Source of the DNA: Octopus vulgaris
Lineage: Eukaryota
DNA length: 64,000 nt
Assembly (NCBI GenBank): GCA_951406725.2
Contig: OX597815.1
Span: forward strand, 206,584,001-206,648,000
Direction: 5' to 3'
The position numbers and the translations under genes are program-made. The notes below the pieces were generated by a model. The model did no database searches. It had not been told where the DNA came from and worked only from the letters and a program-made list of their open reading frames with translations. This document shows positions 1 to 13,966 of this stretch, in pieces. Each line of letters begins with the position of its first letter. Within the stretch, counting starts at the first letter, position 1.

Positions 1-10
1 CCCCATACTT

Positions 11-54
<44 letters not shown>

Positions 55-349
55 TTGCTATTATGTTAAACTGTCGTATGTCCAAATTTGGCAAAATGCG
101 CTTTTTCAATATTTATTTTTTCTTGCAACAGCCGTTTATTTTGGGTCAAACTATCATATTTCCAGCTGCTTCAGATGTCAAGTGTTAACTGTGAAAGTGT
201 AGTACAATCGTTTTGCTTTGGAATGGTAAAACTTAATACAAAGTTTTAAACTTACAACACTTTTTCATAATAACAAGGAATATATATACACACACATATG
301 TATATATAGGTGCACTCATACGTTTATATCAATGTACGTATGAGTACAC

Positions 350-389
<40 letters not shown>

Positions 390-645
390 ATAGTAATGCA
401 ATACGAAAGTATTGCTTTCCAGTAAAAGATAGCCCGTAAGGGTAAAATTATACATATAAAAGTAAATAAATGGTACAACGAAGTACCGATATTTACTGGA
501 AAATAGCGATCGTAATAAATACGACGCTATTGTATAGCTTCACTGCGTATGTACTAGTAAAGACGTGTGTGTGCAACAAACGTGAAAAAAAATTGTCTTA
601 CCTCTAGGAAGAACATCTGAAAAATGAAAAACTTAGAAACGGATA

Positions 646-716
646 ATGCAGTACCGGTTTCAGACTCTTCAAATACGTTTGACAACGTAGATTTGATTTG
701 TCCTCATCAGCTGCAT
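646..716 (-). ncRNA. Minimal type I hammerhead ribozyme
   Basis: Reverse complement reads ATGCAG CTGATGA GGAC...GTCT GAAA CCGG TA CTGCAT: 6-bp stem I, canonical CUGAUGA and GAAA core, stem II, palindromic ACCGGT stem III, GUA cleavage triplet. Confidence 0.85.
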
Positions 717-743
717 ATACCTCGACAAAATTTCATTTATTTA

Positions 744-811
<68 letters not shown>

Positions 812-813
812 TA

Positions 814-871
<58 letters not shown>

Positions 872-1005
872 TATATATGCATATATATATATACATATAT
901 ATAAGTATATATGTTATATATATATAAATATATATATATACATATTTACGCATAGTCCCTATAAAGATGTCGTACACACTACATACACACACACACACAC
1001 ACTAC

Positions 1006-1057
<52 letters not shown>

Positions 1058-1470
1058 CAGGGTCGCATTAAGACCCATAGAGACCTTAAGCACTTAAAAA
1101 ATGTTGCTGTCCTCTTTATATGTAATTCAAAATATTATCAATAAACCATAGAATAAATTTTTATTTTTCAAAATGATTCGAAACTCACAGGAAAGCGGAA
1201 AATGATATTTAATTTTGTACACTTCCACCCCATATTAGAAAAATTTTCTCCTCCTTTTCTTAATTACAAAGTTTTTGATCAGATCCTCACTTGTGACATT
1301 ATGAACACTTCGAAATTCTATTTCCGATCATATAAACCGCTTCGAATATTATTTTTGCAAGTTTAAAATGATTCCTTTTGTGCCGTAAACTATTTACGAT
1401 TTATGTGGTGCCTCCGCTCCCCATGATACCCTAAGGACGTGCTTATTTTGCTTAACGGTTAATCCATCGC
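1058..1470. mobile_element. Probable decayed non-autonomous DNA transposon; its right end recurs inverted at 3358-3410
   Basis: tgataccctaaggacgtgcttattttgcttaacggttaatccatcgc (1424-1470) is the near-exact reverse complement of 3358-3404. Confidence 0.45.
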
Positions 1471-1478
1471 ATATATAT

Positions 1479-1690
1479 GCGGCGAGCTGGTAGAAACGTT
1501 AGCACGCCGGGCGAAATGCGTAGCCGTATTTCGTCTGCCGTTACGTTCTGAGTTCAAATTCCGCCGAGGTCGACTTTGCCTTTCATCCTTTCGGAGTCGA
1601 TAAATTAAGTATCAGTTACGCACTGGGGTCGTAATTGACTTAATCCCTTTGTCTGTCCTTGTTTGTCCCCTCTGTGTTTAGCCCATGAAA
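1479..1690 (+). mobile_element. tRNA-derived SINE family A (Meta/MESC-like central domain)
   Basis: A-box-like gagctggtagaaacgttagc, B-box gagttcaaattcc, central gcctttcatcctttcggagtcgataaattaagta. More than ten copies in the window. Confidence 0.85.
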
Positions 1691-1702
1691 TAGATATATA
1701 TT

Positions 1703-1766
<64 letters not shown>

Positions 1767-2325
1767 TCTGTCTGTGAATTAATACGTGTGTGTATGTGTA
1801 TGAATAATTGCTTCTGTTTTAATGAGACAATTAAACTAAACCATGTTCTGTGGTGAGTTAAGTATCCCTTGATTGTGTCAACGCAAGTTGCTCCGAAGTT
1901 TGCGAAAAATGTGAGGCTATCAGATAAATTTCGATAATTTCGGCTTCAATCCACTTAATCTTTGAATATTGGTTTCTTTTCTTCGAGTGCAGTTTTATAA
2001 ATAATTATCTACACGAAATGTATTTACATAGTAAATTTTGCTGACATGCAAAAATTTTATGGGGTGGCGTGTCACGTGCAGGTACCAAAAAGGAGCATGT
2101 GGCCTTGGTAACTGTATGACATTTAATGTTTATCCTGAGGATTTGTACCAGGAAGAGATGCGGTGATATTGGGTCCAGGTGTTAGCGTAGACATAATTAG
2201 TTACATTTTACATTTCGTTTATCATGTTGTGGAAAAGGGTTGTTTTCTTGTACTTGCAAACCGGAATACTCATACTGCTTTATGTGAGCAAGTATGTGGT
2301 GTGTGGTGTGGTGGTGGTGGTGGTA

Positions 2326-3298
2326 CGTGTGTATGTGTGTGTGTGTGCATGTTATGTTTATGTATGTGTGTGTGTGTGCATGTTATGTGTATGTGTGTGT
2401 GTGTGCATGTTATGTGTATGTGTGTGCGTGTTATGTGTATGTGTGTGTGTGTGTGCGTGTTAAGTGTATGTGTGTGTGTGCATATTATGTGTATGTGTGT
2501 ATATGTGTGTGTGTGCATGTTATGTGTATGTGTGTGTGTGTGCATGTTATGTGTATGTGTGTGTGTGTGCATGTTATGTGTATGTGTGTGTGTGCATGTT
2601 ATGTGTATGTGTGTGTGAATGTTATGTGTATGTGTGTGTGTGTGCATATTATGTGTATGTGTGTATATGTGTGTGTGTGCATGTTATGTGTATGTGTGTG
2701 TGTGCATGTTATGTGTATGTGTGTGTATGTGTGTGTGTGTGTGTGCATGTTATGTGTATGTGTGTGTGTGTGCATGTTATGTGTATGTGTGTGTGTGCAT
2801 GTTATGTGTATGTGTGTGTGTGTGTGTGTGCATGTTATGTGTATGTGTGTGTGTGCGTGTTATGTGTATGTGTGTGTGTGTGCATGTTATGTGTATGTAT
2901 GTGTGTGCATGTTATGTGTATGTGTGTGTATGTGTGTGTGTGTGTGCATGTTATGTGTATGTGTGTGTTTGCATGTTATGTGTATGTGTGTGTGTGTGCA
3001 TGTTACGTGTGTGTGTGTGTGTGCATGTTATGTGTATGTGTGTGTGAATGTTATGTGTATGTGTGTGTGTGTGCATGTTATGTGTGTATGTGTGTGTGTG
3101 TGCATGTTATGTGTATGTATGTGTGTGCATGTTATGTGTGTGTGTGTGTGTGTGTGCATGTTACGTGTGTGTGTGTGTGTGCATGTTATGTGTATGTGTG
3201 TGTGTGCATGTTATGTGTATGTGTGTGTTTGTGTGTGTGTGTGTGTGTGCATGTTATGTGTGTGTGTGTGTGTGCATGTTATGTGTATGTGTGTGTGA
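2326..3298. repeat. Compound minisatellite: (TG)n punctuated by catgttatgtgta units of about 26-32 bp
   Basis: Direct inspection. Confidence 0.95.
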
Positions 3299-3528
3299 CA
3301 CACACGTATTAATTCTCAGACATAAACACACACACATATATAGATAAATATATATCCGCGATGGATTAACCATTATGCAAAATGAGCACGTCCTTAGGGT
3401 ATCAAGGGGACGTCAAAGGCGTTGATGGTGGTGGCGTCAGAAGTCTGAATGGTGTGTGTATGGCAATTGTGGTGGCGGTGGCGGTGGTACTGGTGATGGT
3501 GATGGTTGAAAACAATCAACCGAAAGAA

Positions 3529-3586
<58 letters not shown>

Positions 3587-3943
3587 GTTAGACAGAAAAA
3601 ATTGTACTGACTCTCCGAATGGGAGGTCGCAATATATTGTTTATCATGCAGCTATGCAATAAGTTCCAAGTCGACAAATTATATCATTGTTTTGATGAAA
3701 ATTGTTCATTGCTCGAAAAATATTGGTCAAGTTTGATAAAGTTTAATATGTACTTAATGCATGAAGTATCATTGTTGGACCACGAGTGAGTGTATAAACG
3801 AAAGAAGGGCACTCAACAAATTTATTGGGAGTCAAATGTATAGATTCAAACAGTTTGATTAAAATTCGTTGGTACTTTTGAGTTTCAAGCGTGATGTTAG
3901 TCATCAGCCATTTTGAATTTGAATTTGTGTGTGTGTGCGTGTA

Positions 3944-4456
3944 TCTCTCCCTCTCCTCCTTTCTCTACCCTCCTCCTCTCTCTCTCCTCCTCCTCTCCTT
4001 CTCTCCTCCTCCTCTATCTCTCCTCGTCTCTCTCCTCTTCTCTCCACCTCCTCTCTCCACCTCCTCTCTTCCCTCCTCTCCCTCTTCCTCCTCTCCTTCT
4101 CTCCTCCTCCACGTCTCTCTCCTCCTCCTCGTCTCTCTCCTCGTCTCTATCCTCTTCTCTCCACCTCCTCTCTCCATCTCCTCTCTCTCTCCTCCTCCTC
4201 CTTCACTCTCTCCTCCTCCTCCCCTCCTCCTCCTCTCTCCCCTCCTCCTCCACTCTCTCCTCCTCTCTCCCCTCCTCCTCCTGCTCCTCTCACTTCCTCC
4301 TGCTCCTCTCTCTCTTCCTCCTCTCTCTCTTCCTCCTCTCTCTCCTCCTTCCTCTCGTTCTCCTCCCTCTCTCTCCTCCTTTCTCTCTACTCCTCTCTCT
4401 CTCGCCTCTGTCTGTCTGTCTGTCTCTCTCTTTCTGACTCCCCATTCTCTCTCTCT
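3944..4456. repeat. Polypyrimidine (CCT/CT)n low-complexity tract
   Basis: About 510 nt almost entirely C/T. Confidence 0.95.
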
Positions 4457-5447
4457 AAATATATATATATGTATACACACACAGCTTTTTGCTTTTTTTT
4501 TTCCATCGTTAAGTTCGGTGAGAGGAATGAGTTATACAAATAGCCTTTCCAGGCCCTCCGCCATTAGTAAAACCGATAACCATACTAATGAATACATGTT
4601 CCTCTCTGTTAAGTTACGTAACCTTATATAGCTGGGATAGTCATGTTTTATATTCTTGCAGTTATTAACAGAAACAAACATATTAAATTTATGAGTGCCT
4701 CTCTGTGTGAAGTTTTAGTAGCTTTGTCTTCAAAGAATCACTTATGGTATTTTTTTTTTCCATAAAATTACAATGAGGTCCTTGTGAAAATATACTTATT
4801 ATTTATTATTACAGAAATAAAAAATATCCAGTTACGCTGGGTTATATCTATATTTATGTACGTATGTATGTACATACGTATGTATGTATGTATGCACCAT
4901 GCTTGTATGCGTGTATGTCTGTAAGTATGTATGCATGCACGTATGTGTGTATATATGTATGTAAGCATTCATGCTTATATGTGTGTATGTATGGAGGTAG
5001 ATAGATAGGTAGATAGCCATGTAGATAGGTAAGTATATATGTGAATGTGTTTATATTTGTATACATGTATACATATGTACACACATATGTGTGTCTTTGT
5101 GTGTGTGTGAAACAAGACAAGAGAGTCTGTGTGGACAAATTTCTCATGTTTGGAAACCTTTGGAAGGAGACTCGTTCTATAACAGAAATTCTCATCGTTT
5201 TTCTCTTTTGATAGTGTCATGCAATTTAAATTTATATTACGCGTATATGTATACACATATGAATGTATATCATATATACATACATTTATCTATCGATCAG
5301 CCGAAATTGCGAGGATGATCCGGTTCTTGACTGAAGATTAGAGGCTTTGAATGACCCGTCCGTTTTTTGTGTCGTCTATTTGTATGTTTTGCGTTCTTGT
5401 CCCATTTTGTATTTTTATATATATATTTTTATACATACATATATATA

Positions 5448-5499
<52 letters not shown>

Positions 5500-5502
<3 letters not shown>

Positions 5503-5884
5503 TAGCAGTATCGCCCGGCGTTGCTCAGGTTTGTAAGGGAAATAACTATAAAGCATTTTTAGAGAGTTATAGCCAAAAAATAGCAAAAAAATGGAAAAAA
5601 AATGATGGTAAATTTTTTTGAGAGTTAAAAAACGTGGAGTTGTGTCCCCTAGACGGTCTGTGGTTTGGGTTTCTGATTCTCGACCCCATGTCGAATTTAT
5701 CGATTTTTTTCAGAACTGGAGGAACTTTTCAAAATTTTCGCTGCGTTAGTTTTGAATTATGACATTGGGCTATGTGTGTGTCAAGTTTCATCAGAATCGG
5801 TTGAAAGCCGTGGTCAGAGTGAGGGTACGAGAAAACAGACACACAGAAAACGCACAGACAAACTGCCGTTTATATATAGAGATA
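5500..5884 (+). mobile_element. Non-autonomous Helitron/Helentron-like element
   Basis: Terminus tactagcagtatcgcccggcgttgctc(a/g)ggtttg with a subterminal hairpin; other end acagacaaac...tttatatatagagat. Same terminus at 41466 and 46282 with a different interior. No TSD seen. Confidence 0.65.
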
Positions 5885-8424
5885 TATATATATATATGTA
5901 TGTGCAGCATGCAAACTATTCTGTCAGCTCAACACCTTAAAAAAATATATTAATGATTCTGCATTCACCCATCTGTCAAAAAATTACATTTACTGGGTTT
6001 GCGGGAACAGTACCTCACTCACTTCCGCGTACGTTTTTAAATTGAACTTGAAAATGCTGAGTAGGGCCTAGCTAAAGAGGAAATTGTCTCTTCAATGCTT
6101 TCTGTGTTGCCCACTACAAAATCTCTTTCACCATAATCACCAGGTAGAGGACAACATCTTGTCTTTCTCGACCAAAGGAAGGCAGCGGAGCCATCTTCAC
6201 GATGGAGTTGGCTGACAGCCAGATGTGTCCTCCTTTCGATAGCAGCAGTTCGACGTAACTGCACAAGTCAGCAATGTTAGGGCACTGTACGAGGGAGTGC
6301 AGTAGGGTTTTGTCACTTTTTGCGCTTCTCGGGTAGGCTCAGCGAAGTGCACACCATAGTTGTAGAGTTTATCCTACAATGACAATGATTCAACCTGTAG
6401 CACTACCAGGCCGTGGATTTCTGGAAAGTCGAAAGTCTTCTGGAATAGGCCTACCAAATGATTTTCGTCAAAACTCAGAGTTTCTCCACGGACGCTATCG
6501 CTCTTGCCCACCGTCAAGTCCTATCCCCATAGAACGCAATAGTAGAGCTTCTACAAACATCATTATCCAACTATCAGAGAGCTGTGAGCGCCTGATGATA
6601 CTTTCGTTACCAGGTACCCTGTTTCGGTCTACGCTTAGTCCTGGAGTGCAGACGTGTGGAAAATAGTCTAAGAAAACGGCAACAACACTTGGTTGCTTTG
6701 AAAGAAACGCTTCTACTTTCGTATGATCGGTATCCTCTTATCTCATTGAGGTGGTACTGCTGTGAAGGATTGCTTTCTAGCTATTTAATCCTAGTTGTTG
6801 ATGCCGTATATTACAATCTATGTCTTGGGCAGAAAGCATTTAACTAAGTTTTGCTCCCAATGTGTACCATCTGGATCGTTTACCTTAGATTCTGGCTTTA
6901 CGACACTCTGTACAGGACGCGGTTCTCAAATTGTTTTGTGTTTTGCGAGGTCATAAGGGGCTTGTATGTCTATAATATATGCCACAAAGGTGATTACTAA
7001 GTAGAGGTCAACGTCGTTATCAATGTCCCAGACAGTGATTCTTGTACTTTTTGTTCCCATGTATTGTGGAACCAGTTTATTGGGAAGTGTGACAAACAAG
7101 TTATGGAATTACGCTTTCTCTTCATCCTCTCTTTTAAAGATGACACATGTCATCTTTAAAACATATGCGGTGTCATATGCCATCCCTCTACCAATGAAGA
7201 TTTCACATAAAATATCTGCCAGAACTTCCGTCTGTTGCTTGGATGGAACAAGAAAAGCTCATTTTATCTTGGCAACTAAAACACAGTTGGCTTACTTTCC
7301 TCCTCTTCCCAGCATGTATGGTAAATTGTGGTATGCAGGCGCTTGCCTTGTATAAAATATGACTTCAGACTTTCGCTATTTCAGCGAAATGTTCAATATG
7401 AAAGTTTTTTTCTCAATGACTGATACAATTTTTCCGAAGGATAGCATTCCGTTCTTCGTATTTACACTTGCCGTGTACGTGTATACTGTTGTTACTGTTC
7501 ATAAGATTCCCACTAACTGCATTTAAATTCGATGTTAAAATGGTAGTGCCTTCTCTTTTTTTCGGCGTTACTATAAATATTTTGCGTTGCAATTAAAATA
7601 TATGAGTTTTTGTTTTCTGTGTATGAAATGTGTTATTTTTTATTTTCATTTTTGTGGGCGTAGCATGAAATATTTGTAGCAGTTTTATAATGTCGATGAC
7701 ATGAAAGGAAAGAAAAGAAAAAATAACTTTGCTCACTTTTTTCTTTTAACGTCACCGACATTCAAAATAGCAACACAAACCTTATTTTTTCTTTTGTCAG
7801 CCACTAGAAGGGAGACCCAGATCTTTAGGGAGTTATTCCTACGCGAGTATTTTTGGTAAAACAACGTCTAAACGTCTACTTTGTCTTTGTGAATCATAAT
7901 GTTCAGTATATCTCGATATTCCAGACATAAAATTTCTTTTTAATTATCAAAAGCTAAATTCATCGTTAGTGTAAAGAATATTAAACATGTCATATACAAT
8001 TATCTTGAACTATGCGAAAAAACAAGAAACAAACAAAAAAACCCTGTTTTTAAGACACGGAAAAAAAAACGGCTATTGTCATTTTCCTTTCTGCAAAATG
8101 AATTCCAGCTTGATAAATAACTATAATTTTATTCAGACTGACAGTGACAAATGTTGCTATTATAAATAAATTCTTTTAAGACGTTGCGTGGATTGATAAG
8201 AAAACGGTTTAAGAAGGCTGTGAATTTTTCTAAATGATATATAATAGAAATAATTTTATAAAATAGGCTTTCCGATTACCATCATCTTTAAAACGTTGGA
8301 CGAAGTGCTGTGACATATACATTTAATTACAAGTCTTTGATGTTATTAAATGTCATTTAATTACAAGTCTTTTACGCTGAGATTTATTCTGGAATCGGTA
8401 AAATAAGTTCTTGTTGAGTATTTT

Positions 8425-9148
<724 letters not shown>

Positions 9149-9470
9149 GGTGGCAATATAATAGATTGTTCCCTCATATATAAATCAAATCATTTACAAT
9201 TTTTCTTCGAGATCGAGGTATCAACAAATCACCTTTTTCTGTTGGTGGAGGACCAAAATGTCTTTCGGCAGCTCCATTTCTATGTTTCCCCTAGATAATT
9301 TATGGCACTTAACTTGAATTTAGCTGTGTATGATAGTCTTTTTCTTTAGATATGGTGAGGGGGTTAAAATAGAAGAAAAATAAAGAAATAGACTATTTTG
9401 CTTCTTATATCTAAGATACTTTATTTCGGCTTTCAGTAACGAATGTAAAGTGACGGTAAGTATGTGCCAG

Positions 9471-9700
9471 GTGACAAGTTGGCAGAAACGTTAGCGCGCC
9501 GGGCGAAATGCCTAGCGGTATTTCGTCTGTCGTTACGTTCTGAGTTCAAATTCCGCCGAGGCCGACTTTGCCTTTCATCCTTTCGGAGTCAATTAAATAA
9601 GTACCAGTTACGCACTGGGGTCGATCTAATCGACTTAATCCGTTTGTCTGTCGTTGTTTGTCTCCTCTGTGTGTAGCCCCTTGTGGGTAGTAAAGAAATA
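9471..9700 (+). mobile_element. SINE family A with 16-bp TSD
   Basis: TSD ggtaagtatgtgccag (9455-9470) / ggtaattatgtgccag (9701-9716). Confidence 0.88.
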
Positions 9701-10224
9701 GGTAATTATGTGCCAGAATGTCGAGTAGCCAGTAAAAGTGGAAAAACCGATCAGGGTGTTGCATTCGGAATCCAAGACAAGCATGCAAAAGCGACTTACA
9801 TTTGCTAAAAATGTTAGGCCTGAAGTCTTTCAGTAACGAAAATGGTCTTGTTCTATTCGGCATTGAAGAGCAATTCCTGTGCCTTCGCAGTCTCTTTCAC
9901 TTCGCATTCATTACTATAATGTTTATTTTTTATTTTATTTTGGTGTGGGGGGGATTATAAAGAGTTGTATCTATAAAACAATACTATTACTGTAAATATT
10001 GACACAATTAAATTGACTGTGCTACGTATTCATGTTTAAATACCTGTGTACGTAGGTTGCGTATATTACACGCGCACACACACATATATGTAATATTTTG
10101 CCCAAATGAGCATCCCATCCATAAAGGACAGTCGGAGGATGGGTCGAAGCGATAGTCGTACAAAATAAAGAGTTATACTAATTCCATCGTTTGTTTACTT
10201 AATGGATTATAAGAGTATATATAT

Positions 10225-11859
10225 ATGTTTTACCTACAGAACACCCCGAATAGAATGATACAGAAAACTAAAAATAGATTAGCTAGGTTCTTTAATAGGA
10301 TGGGCATGAGCATAGTTTTTGATAACGAACTTACCAAGGCAAATTTCTTAGATGTCACACTAAACCTGCATAGCGATTCTTACTGCCCCTACCACAAACC
10401 TTCCACTAACTTAACGTATGTCAGTGTTTTCTCTAACCACGCAAAAACTATAACAGACAATTTGGTTAAAAATATTTCTCAAAGATTAACTAATTTATCT
10501 GCCAACGTCGACATTTTTAGGCAGAAAGCGGAATTTTATAATGCCGCCCTGTCAAAAGCCGGTTATAGGGAGAAGGTAGCATATATAGACCCGGCCCTTC
10601 TGAAACCAGCATTCTATCATCAGGATAAGTCAAGTTACAATAACATAAATAATATAAGTAGTGATGGTAGCCTGAGGAATGTCGATACAAGTACAACTAG
10701 CATAAATATAGATAACATAAATAATTTGCGGTCCAGGGGAGGCCATCGTAGGCCAAAACCCATTATTCAACCCAGAGATACCCACCTTAATGTTAGAGTT
10801 GACTCCCCGAGCCAGTACAAGAACAAGAAGAACTATATTTGGTTTGTAATTCCCTTTGGTAAACAAATAAGATCTAACCTACCGTTGCAGTTTCGCCAAG
10901 CAATTGCCAGAAATTTTCCCAGAAATTCGAGATATTACTCCACTGTAAATTCACACAAAGTTAGGGTAGCCTTCTCCAATACTAAAAATCTTTCACAGAT
11001 AATTTCCTCCCATAACAATAAACTGCTAAATAAGACCCTCTCACCCATGAGCGGAGACTCTGCTCCGTCTAATTCCAACATAACACGCAGTAATAATAAT
11101 AATAATAATAATAGAACTGGCACAGATATTAGCAACCTCCATACCAACATTGAAGTTAGTAATAGTAATAAGGATAAGAGCAATGATCTCGTCATTAACG
11201 TAAGTAATGGTAATAAGGATAAGAGCACTGATCTAGTCATTAATGTAGGGAGTCCCAACAATAATATTAGCAGCGGTTTTAACAACAGTAGTATTACGGA
11301 CATTAGCAATCACAGCATTCACAGTAACAGGGAATATGCAGGTGATATTGCCTTAAATAGTAATGATAATGGGGTGAATAATATCGAATCCAGCGGTAGT
11401 TCTTACAATCATCATAGTAATAAGAACGCTGTATTAATATCGGAAACCAATCCCAATAGAATAAGGTTCTTATCTAGTAACTCCAAGATTAGAAACGCCA
11501 TTTACCAGTGCAGAGTTTATACTGGTTCAGATGTCTACATTTATATCGGAGCTTCATCATCGAAATTGGCTGTTAGAATATCGAATCATTTTCCCACGTT
11601 TCGTGATAAGGAAAAGCAACACGCTACGGGACTAAGTAAATTAGTCTGGCGTTTGAAGAACGCGAATTCAACTTTTAGACTGGAATGGTCAATTTTATCG
11701 GTGTCTTTACCGTTTGATAAGGGCAAAAAAATCTGTGCTCTTTGTAACTCGGAACTCTTTCATATTCTGTTCGCCCGAGGGCACCTTGTTAACTCGATTG
11801 TGCAAAATTCTTTCAGATGCCCACACTGGAAACGGCATATATTTCTCTCATACCAATGA
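10225..11859 (+). CDS. Penelope-like element ORF, 5'-truncated: RT C-terminus/thumb, Asn/Ser-rich linker and GIY-YIG endonuclease (Naiad-like)
   Basis: NFLDVTLNL..YCPYHKP....YV...SNH (PLE RT C-terminus); IWFVIPF...NFP...N...VRVAFSNTKNLSQIISSHN; AIYQCRV....YIYIGASS....RISNH (GIY-YIG); CALCNSE...LVN...CPH C-terminus. The ORF starts right after a TA run and contains no RT catalytic DD. Confidence 0.88.
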   Translation: MFYLQNTPNRMIQKTKNRLARFFNRMGMSIVFDNELTKANFLDVTLNLHSDSYCPYHKPSTNLTYVSVFSNHAKTITDNLVKNISQRLTNLSANVDIFRQKAEFYNAALSKAGYREKVAYIDPALLKPAFYHQDKSSYNNINNISSDGSLRNVDTSTTSINIDNINNLRSRGGHRRPKPIIQPRDTHLNVRVDSPSQYKNKKNYIWFVIPFGKQIRSNLPLQFRQAIARNFPRNSRYYSTVNSHKVRVAFSNTKNLSQIISSHNNKLLNKTLSPMSGDSAPSNSNITRSNNNNNNNRTGTDISNLHTNIEVSNSNKDKSNDLVINVSNGNKDKSTDLVINVGSPNNNISSGFNNSSITDISNHSIHSNREYAGDIALNSNDNGVNNIESSGSSYNHHSNKNAVLISETNPNRIRFLSSNSKIRNAIYQCRVYTGSDVYIYIGASSSKLAVRISNHFPTFRDKEKQHATGLSKLVWRLKNANSTFRLEWSILSVSLPFDKGKKICALCNSELFHILFARGHLVNSIVQNSFRCPHWKRHIFLSYQ

Positions 11860-12453
11860 AGTCTAATATAGTTAACCCCTTGATTTCCTAAGAAAATGAA
11901 AAAAAATTTGAATTAAATTTGTAAGGGGATATCACTCCCCTGTTAGTGTAAGAACTGCTAGTTGTCTAGAACTGCTGACATTCCTGTCAGCAGCACTGTA
12001 CCCTGCTATGAACATTGTTGACACCCCCTCTCTCTATCAACTGGTTACAGACGAACACACGGACACAGTCTTTTTCTGTTGCTTGACCATTAATACCAGC
12101 TATATCTCTCTCCCTTGCTGCCTTCTAAACACACTGCCACACATACATAGACGCACACACACATACATGAAAGCAATTTCTCACACTCAAACACTCTAGC
12201 ACTCATTCTTAAAACAATTCAAATATTAACACCAGTCATACAGAATACATTCACACTCTTTGATTTTCCTGTACTACCCTTCTGTTAACCGGATTTTGAC
12301 CTTGAATTATCTCAACGGACTTTCTCGTCGGCTTTCACCCAGCCTGGCGCCAACGCATATTGATAGACAGTTTGTGCCATTTATTCCATGGGCTCCTCGT
12401 GAGCGTTTGTCGAAAAGCTTGCTGTGCATTTTGTTGGAGAATTAAGTTCCTGC

Positions 12454-12539
12454 ATTTTCCTGAAGAGAAGGCTGCAAAATGGACTCCTTATTCAATCCGA
12501 ATTAGGGACTTTGCAGCCTTTGAAACATATGTAGAAAAT
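12454..12539 (+). ncRNA. Minimal type I hammerhead ribozyme in PLE pLTR
   Basis: ATTTTC CTGAAGA GAAGGCTGCAAA...TTTGCAGCCTTT GAAA CATATG TA GAAAAT: 6-bp stem I, long stem II, palindromic ACATATGT, GUA triplet. Confidence 0.85.
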
Positions 12540-12743
12540 AATAAAAAGGAATTTTGTTAAATATTCGTTCAGCTCCATTTCTTCCTACACTAAATATATA
12601 AAACTTCAAATTTCCGCACTAAGACACGGAGTTTAGGCCCCATGGTCGTAACCTCAACCGTGCTTTTTCTGTTGTGATTTTTGCTGTCCAGGTGTCGGTT
12701 ATCATTTGAATAATCCGTAATAAGATAATTCATTTATCTACTT

Positions 12744-13223
<480 letters not shown>

Positions 13224-13321
13224 TATCTATGTATATATATAATAATATTAGGGAGTATAGCTCTAATATATATATATACATGTATATATATGTATATATG
13301 TATATGTATATAAATATATAT

Positions 13322-13366
<45 letters not shown>

Positions 13367-13715
13367 CTGTTGTGTCTGGGGAGAGTCATTTTCTTTTTGT
13401 GCCTTATAATGTAACACACTCACCGGTAAAATTTCCCCTTTTTTATTATTTTTATTTTCCTAAAGTTTTCGTTGCGTCTTGCAACCTTTTCAATAGTCTT
13501 GACTCTGTCCGTAAATAATTCTACCGCTACACAAATAGTGCACACACATATAGGAAAACAGCGAACAACTGGTGAAAGGTAGTTTTTTATGTTGTTTGTT
13601 TTGGTTTCCATTTGTGTTTTTTTGTTGTTGTTGTTCGAAAGAATAGTTCATGCTCCATGTACTCGTGGTTCGTATTTTTTGTTGTACACGTTTAGTGACG
13701 TCCTGTGCCCACATA

Positions 13716-13764
<49 letters not shown>

Positions 13765-13928
13765 GTATAGATGTAAGTATGTACATATACGTATGTATAT
13801 ATGCATATATATTATTTATATTATTATAAATATATATATTATACGCATGTGTGTATATATATATATATTATACATATACATGTACATATACATATAAATA
13901 TGTGTGTGTGTGTGTATCTATCTATCTA

Positions 13929-13966
<38 letters not shown>

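Noticed and set aside
6000-7400. GC-richer segment with a broken minus-strand frame (…LVPQYMGTKSTRITVWDID…), possibly a decayed LINE ORF1
   Set aside because: Multiple stops and no diagnostic motif; cannot be assigned without a translated search.
9233-9863. Candidate minus-strand exons at 9290-9233 and ending at about 9800 (AAT|gtaagt)
   Set aside because: Joining them gives an early stop; weak acceptor; no recognisable protein.
11857-12100. Selenocysteine readthrough or SECIS, as reported for some Naiad elements
   Set aside because: No in-frame UGA within the ORF; the terminal TGA follows the normal C-terminus and another stop comes four codons later; no SECIS recognised.
13455-13505. Minus-strand TTGAAAA-GGTTGC-aagac-GCAAC-GAAA hammerhead-like string (another weak one at about 49755-49785)
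   Set aside because: Core and stems I and III are too degenerate to call.
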